Source: Myxococcota bacterium (GTDB taxonomy: Bacteria; Myxococcota_A; UBA9160; UBA4427). From it: 64,000 nucleotides of DNA. Within the stretch, counting starts at the first letter, position 1. Every line of letters begins with the position of its first letter. Below, in pieces: positions 17,932-27,498 of this stretch. The position numbers and the translations under genes are program-made. The stretch lies in the NCBI GenBank assembly GCA_965250285.1, contig OZ252299.1, forward strand, positions 2,560,001-2,624,000, in the 5' to 3' direction. A model generated the notes under the pieces. It made no database searches, was not told the origin of the DNA, and worked only from the letters and a program-made list of their open reading frames with translations.

Positions 17932-20900
17932 CTTCTCGATCCGCCGTCCGGTCTTCGCGGTGATGCTCATCAGCGCGCTGGTGGGTCTGGGGGCGATCTC
18001 GATCGGCCGTCTGGGCGTCGACCTGTTTCCCAGGGTCGAGTTTCCATACATGGCGGTGACGACCGTCCTGCAGGCGCCAATCCGGAGACGGTCGAGAGTG
18101 AGGTCACCGACGTCCTGGAAGACCACCTGAACACGATCTCGGGCATCAAGCAGATCCGCTCCATCAGCTCGGAAGGGCTCTCGCAGGTCTTCATCCAGTT
18201 CGAGCTCGAGGAGAACGCGGACGACAAGGCGGAAGACGTCAGGGAGAAGGTGGCGCGCGCGGTGGCAGAGCTCCCGCCCGACGCCGAAGCGCCTGTGGTC
18301 GAGAAGGTCGACCCGGACTCTGCGCCGATTCTGTCCGTGATGGTCTCCGGCGATCTTCCCATCCGAACCCTCACCGACTTTGCCGACCGCGTCGTCAAGG
18401 AGCGGATCCAACGAGTGCCCGGTGTCGGATCCGCGCGGCTCGTCGGTGGTCGGGAGCGCGAGATCCGCATCTGGCTCGATGCACAGCGGTTGCGAAGCTA
18501 CGGGCTGACTGCGACCGACGTGATCCAGGCGATCCGCGCCGAGCACGCGGACGTCCCGGGCGGAACCCTCGAGGCCGGCGGCGCGACCACCGAGTTCGCG
18601 GTCAAGACCCGGGGCGAGGTCGACTCGGCTGGTGAGTTCGCGGAAATCGTCGTGGCCTATCGGGACGGCGCGCCCACGACCGTCGGAGACGTTGCGCGGG
18701 TCGAGGACGGCAGCGAGGACGAACGAACCTACGCCCAGCTCGACGGCGTCCGCGGAGTCTCTCTCGACATCCGCCGGCAATCGGGTCGAAACACCGTCGA
18801 GGTGGCCAGAGCGATCAAGGCCACGGTCGAGGAGCTGCGGGCCGAGGCACCTCCGGGCGTCCAGCTGGTCGTCGCGCGCGACATCTCCCGGTTCATCGAG
18901 GCCTCGGCCAACGACGTCGCCATCGACATCGTCCTCGGTGGAATCCTGGCGGTCGTCGTCACGTTGGCATTCCTGCGGAGCCTGCGCAGCACGGTGATCG
19001 TCGCAGTCGCGATCCCGGCGTCGATCGTCTCTACTTTCTTTCTCTTCTACGTGATGGACTTCACGCTCAACATGCTCACCCTGATGGCTCTCTCGGTGTC
19101 CATCGGGCTGCTGATCGACGATGCGATCGTCGTTCTGGAGAGCATTCACAGGAAGATCGAGGGCGGTGTTCCGGCGCTGACGGCGGCTTCCGAGGGGACA
19201 GCCGAGGTCAGTTCCGCGGTCATCGCCGGCACCGCTTCCGTGCTGGCGGTGTTCCTGCCGATTGCGTTCATGCAGGGGCTCATCGGCCGCTTCTTTTTCG
19301 AGTACGGCCTTGCGATCTCGTTCGCCGTTGCGATCTCTCTTCTCGTCGCCGTAACGCTCACCCCGATGATGTGCGCGCGAGTGCTGGGTCAGGTCCACGG
19401 AGGCGGCGCGATCTTCGACCTCCTGGAAGGGCTCTACGGCGGGCTCGAATCCAGCTATGGGCGCCTGCTGCGGGGTGCCTTGCGCCATCGTCTCCTCGTC
19501 GTTGGTGCGGCAATGGTTGCCGTATGGGCCGGCATGGCAGCAGCTCGGCAGATTCCCTTCGAGTTCTCGTCGAAGGCGGACCGCAGCGAGTACGAAGGGA
19601 TCGTCGAACTGCCGCCCCACGCCGGGATCGGCGAGACCAAGCGCGTCGCCCGGTCGGTCGCGCACGCGGTTGCGGGTGTGGACCACGTCGAGCACGTCTT
19701 CCTTACGATCGGGGCGGGAAGTCAGCGCAAAGTGAACGAGATGAGCGTGTACGTGGAACTCAGCCCGAAGCAGGCACGTGACGCGACGCAGCTCGCATTG
19801 ATGGACGCGGCACGGGGAGCGATGCGCCAGGCGGCGCCCGAGGCGAAGCGTGTCGGCGTCAACGAGATCGCGTGGATCTCCGGTGGAGGCTTCAGCTCGT
19901 ACAACATCGACTACGGCGTCACGGGACCTTCTCTAGACCACCTGCTGTCGATCACCAATGGGGTCGTCTCTCGGATGCGTGCCGACCCGCTCTTCGTCGA
20001 TGTGAAGTCCGGCTTCGAGGAAGGCAAGCCCGAGCTCGAGATCATGGTCGATCGTCGGATGGCCGCGGACCTCGCCGTGCCGATTCGTTCGCTGGCGACA
20101 ACGGTCCGCGCGCTGATCGGCGGAGTGGAGGTGGCGACCTTCGAGGACGAGGGCCGTCGCTACGACGTCCGTGTGCGCCTCGAAGAGAGTCAGCGCGACG
20201 ACCTCGACGAGGTGGCGCGAATCCAGGTGCGCCCGATCTCCGGGCCGCCTGTCGACCTGGCCAGCCTCGCTACGGTGAGGATCTCGAGCGGTCCCGCGCA
20301 GATCGAGCGCGAGAACCGAGGCCGCAAGGTCTCCATCTTTGGGAACACACCAGAGGGCGTGGCGCTGGGGACGGCGGCAGATCGACTCGACGAGATCGTT
20401 CGAGAAGTCGGGCTACCCGCGGGCTACGCGGGCGAGCACGCCGGGGCCGCCGAGCGGATGAGGGACTCGACAGAGGCCGTGAAATTCGCGTTCCTCCTGG
20501 CGCTGGTCGCGCTCTACATGATCCTGGCGAGCCAGTTCAACAGCTACTCCCAGCCGACGGTCATCATGCTCTCGGCCCCGCTCTCCTTCGTGGGCGCCTT
20601 CGCTGCGCTCTACGCAACTGGAATCGCCCTGAGCATCTGGGCACAGATCGGCCTGGTCGCGCTGATGGGACTGGTCATGAAGAACGGGATCCTGCTCGTG
20701 GACTACGCGAACCAGCTGCGCAGCGACGGAGCGAGTGCTCGAGACGCCATGCTGTCCGCCGGGCCGGTGCGGCTTCGCCCGGTGATGATGACGGCCTTCT
20801 CGACGATCGCCGGCATGGTCCCCGTGGCAGTCGCTCAGAGCGACGGTGCCGAGTTTCGGCAGCCCATGGGCGTTCTGGTCATTGGCGGGCTGGCGTCGTC

Positions 20901-21048
20901 GACGTTCCTCACGCTCGTCGTAGTGCCCGTCGCCTACACCCTCGTAGAGGACCTGAGCCGACTGCCGCGCCGGATTGCGGACCGTGCCTCGCGCGTGGTG
21001 GGCAGAGTGCGCGTCATCAACGGTCGATCGACCCGAGACGGAGCCTGA
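17918..21048 (+). pseudogene. AcrB/AcrD/AcrF-family RND permease with a 1-nt frameshift near 18071 (pseudogene or sequencing error)
   Basis: N-terminus LRIADFSIRRPVFAVM...DLFPRVEFP...TTVL continues in another frame as GANPETVESEVTDVLE. Downstream GLLIDDAIVVLE, KNGILLVD, RLRPVMMT. Confidence 0.85.
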
Positions 21049-21052
21049 CGCC

Positions 21053-21505
21053 ATGACGAACCTGGAAGCGACCTACGACGCCGACGTGGCCAACCGCTTC
21101 TTGCAGATGAACGAGAAGCTGACGGGTCTGCCGGCCTTCCTCGGTGTGCGCTTCTCCGAGTTCGGCCCTGGTCGTCTTCGCGCCGAGCTCACGGTGCGCC
21201 CCGAGCTGCTGACGCCCTTTGGAAACATGCACGGGGGCGTCCTCTCCGCCGTCTGTGACCACGTGCTCGGCTGTGTCTGCTACCCGCACATGAAGCCCAG
21301 ATGGTGGGCCGCGACGACCGAGTTCAAGCTCAACCTGCTTGCGCCGGTGAGTCGGGGGACGGTTGTGGCCGAAGCAGAGATCGTGTCCATGACGCGGTCG
21401 ACCGCCGTCGTCCAGATCCAGCTCTCGAATGAGGAGCGCCTGGTCTGTCTCGCCCAGGGGACCGTGCTCATCCGCGAGCCAAGGGAGTCGAGCGGGTCGG
21501 ATTGA
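21053..21505 (+). CDS. PaaI family thioesterase
   Basis: LLTPFGNMHGGVLSAVCDH, TTEFKLNLLAPV. Confidence 0.9.
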   Translation: MTNLEATYDADVANRFLQMNEKLTGLPAFLGVRFSEFGPGRLRAELTVRPELLTPFGNMHGGVLSAVCDHVLGCVCYPHMKPRWWAATTEFKLNLLAPVSRGTVVAEAEIVSMTRSTAVVQIQLSNEERLVCLAQGTVLIREPRESSGSD

Positions 21506-21742
21506 GAGGCGGAAGGATCCGAGCAGCCGCGCTTGGACTTCAGTTCGAGTCGCCCGTTGGGCTGCCGTGGAGGCGCGATGTGACCACTGGTGACCAAGCG
21601 ACGGATTCCGATGGAAGGACGCGTCAGAGCAAGTGGCTGATGCGCAACCGGAACTACAGCGATTCGCGTAGCGCGGTGGCTGGACCCTCGGGTCGAAAAC
21701 CTGATGCTCTACTGCGCGGCGTCGCAAGTACTTGATTTCAAC

Positions 21743-21795
21743 GGCACGCCGGGAGGGATTCGAACCCCGCCCCCCAGGTTCGAAGCCTGATGCTC
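21743..21795 (-). pseudogene. 3' two-thirds of a tRNA-Arg(UCG)-like sequence (att-like remnant)
   Basis: Minus strand: GAGCA, anticodon arm TCAGG-CTTCGAA-CCTGG, T-arm GGGGTTCGAATCCC, then TCCCGGCGTGCC. No 5' acceptor/D strand and no CCA. Confidence 0.7.
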
Positions 21796-21837
21796 CACGC
21801 GACAGTGCTGTCTTTCGACCTGCCGTCCCCAGTGGGT

Positions 21838-21997
21838 GTGCCTCAGGGGTGCCTCAAACGAAAAAGCAGTCACGCAAGTGACTGCTTTCGTTGAGAAATT
21901 GGTGGAGGCGGCGGGAATCGAACCCGCGGCGGAACAGACAAAACCGTTGAAGAATCAGATAGTTAGCATTCCCGATGGAGGTGCGCAGGAGGTGCGC
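21838..21997 (-). repeat. att-like junction B: ssrA 3'-end copy with hairpin, arm repeats and IHF-like box
   Basis: GTGCCTCAGGGGTGCCTCA 21838-21856; AAAGCAGTCAC-GCAA-GTGACTGCTTT; TGGTGGAGGCGGCGGGAATCGAACCCGCG from 21900; AATCAGATAGTTA 21953-21965; GGTGCGCAGGAGGTGCGC. Confidence 0.92.
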
Positions 21998-22249
21998 TAG
22001 CGACTCATTGCTCTCACGCCGCCAGGGCCTATTCCAGGAATCGCCTGCGAGGACCCTTTCGATCTCGAGGCCAAGACACTGCGAAGCGATCCGCGGGTAC
22101 ACCCGGTGAGACGGGCTCCCCCTGACTCTGTGACTCGAACTTCAGATCCGACGAAGGCCTGAGAGCCACAGGATTACGAGCCGGAACACGGGCACACGGT
22201 GATCGCGGGGGCCGGATCCCTGGGAGCCTTGTCGACGTCTTGCATTATA

Positions 22250-22271
22250 CATCTGATCAGCTATTCAGATG
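22250..22271. promoter_or_regulatory. SmtB/CzrA-type ArsR operator
   Basis: CATCTGATCAGCTATTCAGATG inverted repeat ending 22 nt before the ArsR start; resembles the SmtB operator core TGAACAGTTATTCA. Confidence 0.7.
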
Positions 22272-22293
22272 AAAAGAAATTCGGAGACTTGGG

Positions 22294-22677
22294 ATGGGCA
22301 ACAAACTCACGGGACTCGACGCCTGTGCCACGAAGATCGTCGACGAGGCCCGGGTGGAGGCGGCTCGAGCGCAGCTACTGGTGGAAGACGAGCTCGCCGG
22401 GCTCACCCAACTATTCCGCCTGCTCGGCGACGTGACCCGCGCGCGACTCCTCTACGCGCTCCTCGAGGCAGGCGAGCTGTGTGTATGTGACCTCTCGGCA
22501 GCGACCGGCACGCCGGAGACAAACGTCTCGCATGCGCTCCGTCTGTTGCGGACGGCGGACATCGTCAAGGCTCGGCGTGACGGCCGAATGATGTTCTACA
22601 GCCTCGACGACGCCCACGTTCGCATGCTCCTCGACCTCTCTCGCGAGCACCTTCGCCACTCGAACGGAGGCGACTGA
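22294..22677 (+). CDS. ArsR/SmtB metalloregulatory repressor
   Basis: FRLLGDVTRARLL, ELCVCDL, VSHALRLLR, YSLDDAHV...EH (alpha5 site). Confidence 0.94.
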   Translation: MGNKLTGLDACATKIVDEARVEAARAQLLVEDELAGLTQLFRLLGDVTRARLLYALLEAGELCVCDLSAATGTPETNVSHALRLLRTADIVKARRDGRMMFYSLDDAHVRMLLDLSREHLRHSNGGD

Positions 22678-23234
22678 TGGACGCTGCATGGGCGCAAGCC
22701 TTGCTCTACGCCAATCTCACCTCGCACACTGCACTCCTAGCCGGCGCGCTCTGGTGCATCGCCTTCCCGTCCCGCCGCATCTACCCGATGACGACGCCGG
22801 ATGGCTGGTACTACGCCATGTGGGCACTGTTTGGCTTCGTCTTCGCCACCAACCCCCTCTTCGTGTTCCTCGACTGGAACAGCGGGCTTTGGACGAGCCC
22901 GCTTCGCTTCTGGCTCGCGATGCCGCTCATCGTCTTGGGCGGCGGTCTCGTCTCCTGGGGGATGACCACTTTGGGCTCCAGGCGTACTTCGGGACTGGCA
23001 GAAAGCTTGATCGCCGAGGGGCCCTACCTGCTTACGAGGAACCCTCAGTACGTCGGCGACCTTCTTCTCTTCGTGGGAGTCATCGTCTTTTCGAACTCGG
23101 CCGTCGTCGCCGTCACGCATCTATTCACCGCCCTCGTTCTCCTCGTCGGCCCGATCGCCGAGGAGCCCTGGCTCGAAGAGCAATACGGCGATGACTACGT
23201 CGGCTACCGCAGGAACGTTCCGAGGTATCTCTGA
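22677..23234 (+). CDS. ICMT/PEMT-family membrane methyltransferase
   Basis: Hydrophobic; LIAEGPYLLTRNPQYVG, EEPWLEEQYG, YRRNVPRY. Confidence 0.85.
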   Translation: MDAAWAQALLYANLTSHTALLAGALWCIAFPSRRIYPMTTPDGWYYAMWALFGFVFATNPLFVFLDWNSGLWTSPLRFWLAMPLIVLGGGLVSWGMTTLGSRRTSGLAESLIAEGPYLLTRNPQYVGDLLLFVGVIVFSNSAVVAVTHLFTALVLLVGPIAEEPWLEEQYGDDYVGYRRNVPRYL

Positions 23235-23235
23235 T

Positions 23236-23877
23236 ATGCCGAATCTCGCGCTCCTACTCGTCGCGATCTGGTTCCTCGTAGTCTTCGTGATCCGAACCGG
23301 CCTCCAGTGGTGGCGAACCGGTTCGACTGGACTCAAGGGATTTCATGGCGACCCCGGGTCTCTTCCGTGGGTGGCGGGGGTCATGGTGAGTGTCGGGTTC
23401 GTCCTCGCGCTCGGGGCACCGCTCGCCGCTGTCTTGCAATGGCCTGGTGGGACCCTGCTCTTCAAGTCGGTGCTCGTCCACTGGACGGGCGCTGTGCTCC
23501 TCATGATGGGGACGATCGGCACGCTCGCTGCACAGCTCTCGATGGGTGAGTCCTGGCGTGTCGGTGTGGACGAGGGAGAGGAGACTCAGCTCGTCACGAC
23601 GGGTCTGTTTGCCTGGGTTCGCAACCCGATCTTCAGCTTCATGGGACTCTCGCAGCTGGGCCTCGTTCTACTGATTCCGATCCCCGTTGCGCTCCTCGGC
23701 GCGATCCTCTCCATCGTAGGTGTCGTTCTCCAGGTGCGATTCGTCGAAGAGCCCTATCTCCGGGAGACGCACGGCGCCGACTACCACGAGTACACAGCTC
23801 GGGTCGGGAGATTCATTCCCGGCGTGGGCCGAATCGAGTCATCGATCCTCCAAGCAGGGCAACCGGCCGATGGCTGA
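23236..23877 (+). CDS. ICMT/PEMT-family membrane methyltransferase
   Basis: MGESWRVGVD, LVTTGLFAWVRNPIF, EEPYL, YTARVGRFIP. Confidence 0.88.
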   Translation: MPNLALLLVAIWFLVVFVIRTGLQWWRTGSTGLKGFHGDPGSLPWVAGVMVSVGFVLALGAPLAAVLQWPGGTLLFKSVLVHWTGAVLLMMGTIGTLAAQLSMGESWRVGVDEGEETQLVTTGLFAWVRNPIFSFMGLSQLGLVLLIPIPVALLGAILSIVGVVLQVRFVEEPYLRETHGADYHEYTARVGRFIPGVGRIESSILQAGQPADG

Positions 23878-24499
23878 AGCCGTTCTCGCACCACGCATCG
23901 GATTGCTCCGGCATGCGCTCAGGCTCGAGGCCCTGACGATTGCCTGGAATGTCCTCGAGGCGGCCATCGCGATCACGGCGGGCATCCTTGCCGGAAGCAT
24001 CGCGCTCGTCGGCTTCGGCCTGGACAGCGTGATCGAGACCGTCGCAGCGGTCGCACTCTACTGGAGGCTTCGCGCGGAGCTGACCGGGACCGACGGCCCC
24101 GAATTGGAGCGAATGGAGCGTCGCGCTCTGCAGGTTGTCGGGTTCACCTTCCTCGTTCTGGCCGCCTACATCCTCTACGAGGCCGGAAGCACGTTGTGGT
24201 TCCGGGAGGCCCCGGAGCCGAGTCCGGTCGGACTCGTTCTCGCCAGTCTGTCGCTGATCATCATGCCGTTGCTCGCGTTCGCCAAGCTCCGCGCCGGAAG
24301 GCGTCTCGAGAGTCGCGCCCTCATCGCCGACTCGAAGGAGACCTTCGTCTGTTCGTACCTCTCCTTCGCGCTCCTGTTGGGGCTCGGTGCCAACGCGGCC
24401 TTCGGGGCGTGGTGGGCGGATCCCGTAGCGGCCTTGCTGATGCTTCCGTGGGTCGTCAAGGAAGGGCTGGAGGCGATTCGGGGAGACTGCGATGATTGA
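23870..24499 (+). CDS. Short CDF-like cation transporter (TM domain only)
   Basis: LTIAWNVLEAAIA, SIALVGFGLDSVIE, ALIADSKE, WWADPVAAL. Confidence 0.85.
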   Translation: MAEAVLAPRIGLLRHALRLEALTIAWNVLEAAIAITAGILAGSIALVGFGLDSVIETVAAVALYWRLRAELTGTDGPELERMERRALQVVGFTFLVLAAYILYEAGSTLWFREAPEPSPVGLVLASLSLIIMPLLAFAKLRAGRRLESRALIADSKETFVCSYLSFALLLGLGANAAFGAWWADPVAALLMLPWVVKEGLEAIRGDCDD

Positions 24500-24614
24500 G
24501 GCCGCGATTCAGGGATGTGCAGCTCCCGACGCAAATGCAGGTGGGGCGTGCTCCGCCGACGTCCGAGCTAAAGCTCGCGCGTCGAGGGGCCGACCCTAGC
24601 CGCTGGATACGACC

Positions 24615-25040
24615 ATGAATTGCACCGTCGGCAACAGACTCCTTCTCCTGCTTGCGCTGGCTCACTTCCTGACGGATGCGGGCTTCGCCGGGGCGGTGGT
24701 CCTGTGCGTCGGGCCGAACGACCACCGCGCCGTCGAGTCGCAACACACCCTGGACGCCGGCTGCCGATCCGAGTTGTCGGGGGTTCCGAGTCTGCCGGAC
24801 GTCCCCGGGCTTTCGGCCACCGACCCTCTCTCCAGCGACTGCGTCGATAGCCCGCTCCACTCGGAAGCGGAGCTGGTCTCGTCGAAGACACAGGGCGGCG
24901 ATGCACCACCGGCCGTCGCCATCGTGCCGGCCGGCTTCCGGCCTTGCGCGGGCCGGGTCTCCTATATCCGAGCGTGCGCCCGCGCGCCGGATGTGAACGC
25001 TGCGCACCGCGCAGTACGCACGACCGTCCTCATCATCTGA
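24615..25040 (+). CDS. Small exported Cys/His protein preceding czcCBA
   Basis: Signal-like N-terminus, VLCVGPNDH, DCVDSP, ends RTTVLII. Confidence 0.65.
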   Translation: MNCTVGNRLLLLLALAHFLTDAGFAGAVVLCVGPNDHRAVESQHTLDAGCRSELSGVPSLPDVPGLSATDPLSSDCVDSPLHSEAELVSSKTQGGDAPPAVAIVPAGFRPCAGRVSYIRACARAPDVNAAHRAVRTTVLII

Positions 25041-25146
25041 TTCGCCACGACTCGAGCTACTAGCGCGCTGCAACGACGCGTGAGTGGGCCGAAATGCCTG
25101 CTTCGCGCCGTTCGTTGTGGCTCCCTCGACAACCCTTGCTCGTGGT

Positions 25147-26538
25147 ATGGCGATGGATTCGAACGATGAACGCCGGCGAAGCCGGCGGACGGTAATGACA
25201 TTGGCGGCGGTGCTCCTGCTGGTCGGCAGCGCGTGCACGGCCCCACTGACACCCCTCCCGACGGCGCGGCCGCTCGGACACGATCTGGCGGTGGCCTCTC
25301 CAGCAGGGGGCCGACCTCAGGCTCCGGCGGAGCCGTTCGCCGAGCCCGAGGGCGCCCTGACGTTGCAGAGCGCCCTGGCAGCCGCTCTTCGCAACGCCCC
25401 GCGTCTGCAGGGATTCGATTGGCAGGTGAGGGCCGACGAAGCGCGAGCTCTTCAGGCTGGACTCCTGCCGAACCCGACCCTGCTGATCGAGGGAGAGAAC
25501 TTCGCTGGGTCGGGCGCCTTCAACGGATACGACGCTGCGGAGACGACGGTCTTCCTCGGTCAACTCGTTCAGCTCGGCGGCAAACGGGCCAAGCGCCGAC
25601 GGGTCGCCATGCTCGACCGAGAGCTCTCGGGTTGGGACTACGAGGCCGCGCGTCTCGACGTGTTCACGGAGACGACCCGACGATTCGTGGCCGCGCTCGC
25701 AGCGCGAGAGCGGCTCGCGCTGGCGGGCGAGACGCTACGTGTCGCCCGGGAGTCTCTGGAGGCCACCCGCACGCGCGTCCGCGCGGGTGCTGCCTCCTCG
25801 ATCGAGGAGGCGCGCTCGGAGGTCGCCGTCGCGACGCTGGAGGCCGAGCAGACTCGCAGAGAGATCGAGCTCGAGGCGGCGCGCAAGGCCCTCGCGTCGA
25901 GCTGGGGCGGCGAGCCGCGCTTTACGGAGCTCGAGGGAAGGCTCGACGAAGTTCGCTCCCTGCCGCCACTCGCGCGCATCTCGGCGGCGCTCGAGGAGAA
26001 CCCCGACCTGGCCCGCTGGGCCACGGAGGTATCGAAGCGGGAGGCCGGTCTCGACCTGGCGCGCGCGGGCGCCATTCCCGATGTCACGGCCGGTCTCGGG
26101 GTTCGGCACTTCAATGAGACCGACGACGCGGCGCTCGTCTTCGGCGTCGAGGTTCCGCTGCCGCTCTTCGATCGGAACCAGGGCGCCAGCAGAGCAGCTC
26201 AAGCCGACGCCCGCCGTGCCCGCGCGATGGCCCGTGCCAGTCGACTGTCCCTCTCGAGATCGCTCATCGCGAGCCACTCCACTGCGGTAGCTGCCTTCGA
26301 GAACGCTCGCGCGTTCGAGGAGCGGGTCCTCCCGCAAGCCAAGAATGCCTACGAGCGAACACAGGACGCCTATCGGAGAGGCCTCTTCCGTCTCGTCGAC
26401 GTGCTCGACTCGCAGCGGACGCTCTTCGACGCCAGAACCGAGTACGTCAACGCACTCGAGCGGTACCACGCGGCGCGGGCCGAGCTCGAGCGGTTGGCTG
26501 GAACCCCACTCGACGAGCTCGCTGGGGGGAGGAATTGA
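25147..26538 (+). CDS. czcC: CzcC-like TolC-family outer membrane channel
   Basis: QAGLLPNPTL, LGGKRAKR, PLPLFDRNQG, VLDSQRTLF; lipobox. Confidence 0.88.
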   Translation: MAMDSNDERRRSRRTVMTLAAVLLLVGSACTAPLTPLPTARPLGHDLAVASPAGGRPQAPAEPFAEPEGALTLQSALAAALRNAPRLQGFDWQVRADEARALQAGLLPNPTLLIEGENFAGSGAFNGYDAAETTVFLGQLVQLGGKRAKRRRVAMLDRELSGWDYEAARLDVFTETTRRFVAALAARERLALAGETLRVARESLEATRTRVRAGAASSIEEARSEVAVATLEAEQTRREIELEAARKALASSWGGEPRFTELEGRLDEVRSLPPLARISAALEENPDLARWATEVSKREAGLDLARAGAIPDVTAGLGVRHFNETDDAALVFGVEVPLPLFDRNQGASRAAQADARRARAMARASRLSLSRSLIASHSTAVAAFENARAFEERVLPQAKNAYERTQDAYRRGLFRLVDVLDSQRTLFDARTEYVNALERYHAARAELERLAGTPLDELAGGRN

Positions 26539-26539
26539 C

Positions 26540-27496
26540 ATGCGTATGAATCCCATTCGTGCGAGATCCCTGTGCCTCGCGCTCGTCTTCTCGACGGCGA
26601 CGGTTCTTGGCTGCGAGCTCGGGGTTGACGAAGTACACGTCGAGGAGTCCCATGCCGACGAAGGACACGAGGGTGAGGTCGTCCTGTCGGAGGCCGAGCG
26701 CGCCGAGTTCGGAGTCGAGCTCGCGGTCGCAGGTCCGGGAAGCATCGCTACGACGGTCGAGCTTCCGGGCGAGATCCTTCCCAACCAGGACCGGCTCGCC
26801 CACATCGTTCCGCGCTTCCCGGGCATCGTGAAGTCGGTCTCGAAGACCGTGGGCGATGCCGTGAAGCAGGGGGACGTCCTCGCGACCGTGGAGAGCAGCG
26901 AGAGCCTCTCGGTCTACTCGGTCAAGTCGCTGTTGGCGGGCATGGTCATCCAGCGCCACGTCGCCGTTGGCGAGTCGGTCACGACAGAGCGTGAGATCTT
27001 CGTCGTCGCCGACCTGCGCGAGGTCTGGGTGGACTTCCAGGCGTTTCAGAAGCACCTCCCCCTTCTCGCCGTCGGCCAACGTATCCACATCTCCGCCGGG
27101 CACGGGCTGCCCGAGGCCGAGGCGTTGGTGTCGTACATCTCGCCCATCGTCGACGAAGCCACGCGCACGGCGACCGTTCGCGCGGTCCTGCCCAACGAGC
27201 AGGGCGAGTGGCGGCCGGGACTCTTCGTGACGGGCCGCGTCGAAACCGCCAGCCATGACGTGGCCATCGCGGTGCCGACGGCCGCAATCCAGAGGGTGGG
27301 CGAGATCCCCGTGGTGTTCGTTCGCAAAGAGAAGGACGTGTTCGAGCCACGCCCCGTCCATCTGGGTCGCTTGGGCCCCCACTTCGTCGAGGTGACGAGT
27401 GGGCTCTCGGCGGGGGAGTCCTATGTCTCGGCGGGCGCCTTCACGCTGAAGGCCGAGCTGCAGCGCGGCGAGCTCGGCGAAGGGCACGGGCACTGA
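26540..27496 (+). CDS. czcB: CzcB-like membrane fusion protein
   Basis: His-rich N-terminal patch, VADLREVWV, DEATRTATVR, WRPGLFV, ends LKAEL...EGHGH. Confidence 0.9.
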   Translation: MRMNPIRARSLCLALVFSTATVLGCELGVDEVHVEESHADEGHEGEVVLSEAERAEFGVELAVAGPGSIATTVELPGEILPNQDRLAHIVPRFPGIVKSVSKTVGDAVKQGDVLATVESSESLSVYSVKSLLAGMVIQRHVAVGESVTTEREIFVVADLREVWVDFQAFQKHLPLLAVGQRIHISAGHGLPEAEALVSYISPIVDEATRTATVRAVLPNEQGEWRPGLFVTGRVETASHDVAIAVPTAAIQRVGEIPVVFVRKEKDVFEPRPVHLGRLGPHFVEVTSGLSAGESYVSAGAFTLKAELQRGELGEGHGH

Positions 27497-27498
27497 TC

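Larger units (their letters stand above)
3721..21899. mobile_element. ssrA-integrated unit 3 (P450/oxidative cargo), no integrase recognised
   Basis: Bounded by direct repeats of the ssrA 3' end at 3721 and 21900. Confidence 0.75.

Noticed and set aside
18061..18085. Programmed frameshift in the RND gene
   Set aside because: No slippery heptamer or homopolymer at the shift point.
21743..21795. Functional tRNA-Arg
   Set aside because: It lacks the 5' acceptor strand, a complete D-arm and CCA.
21998..22200. Possible integrase remnant here or at 30590-31017 and 42590-42820
   Set aside because: I could not recognise tyrosine-recombinase (R-H-x-x-R-H-Y) or serine-recombinase motifs in the listed ORFs. 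A translated HMM search is needed to fully exclude decayed fragments.
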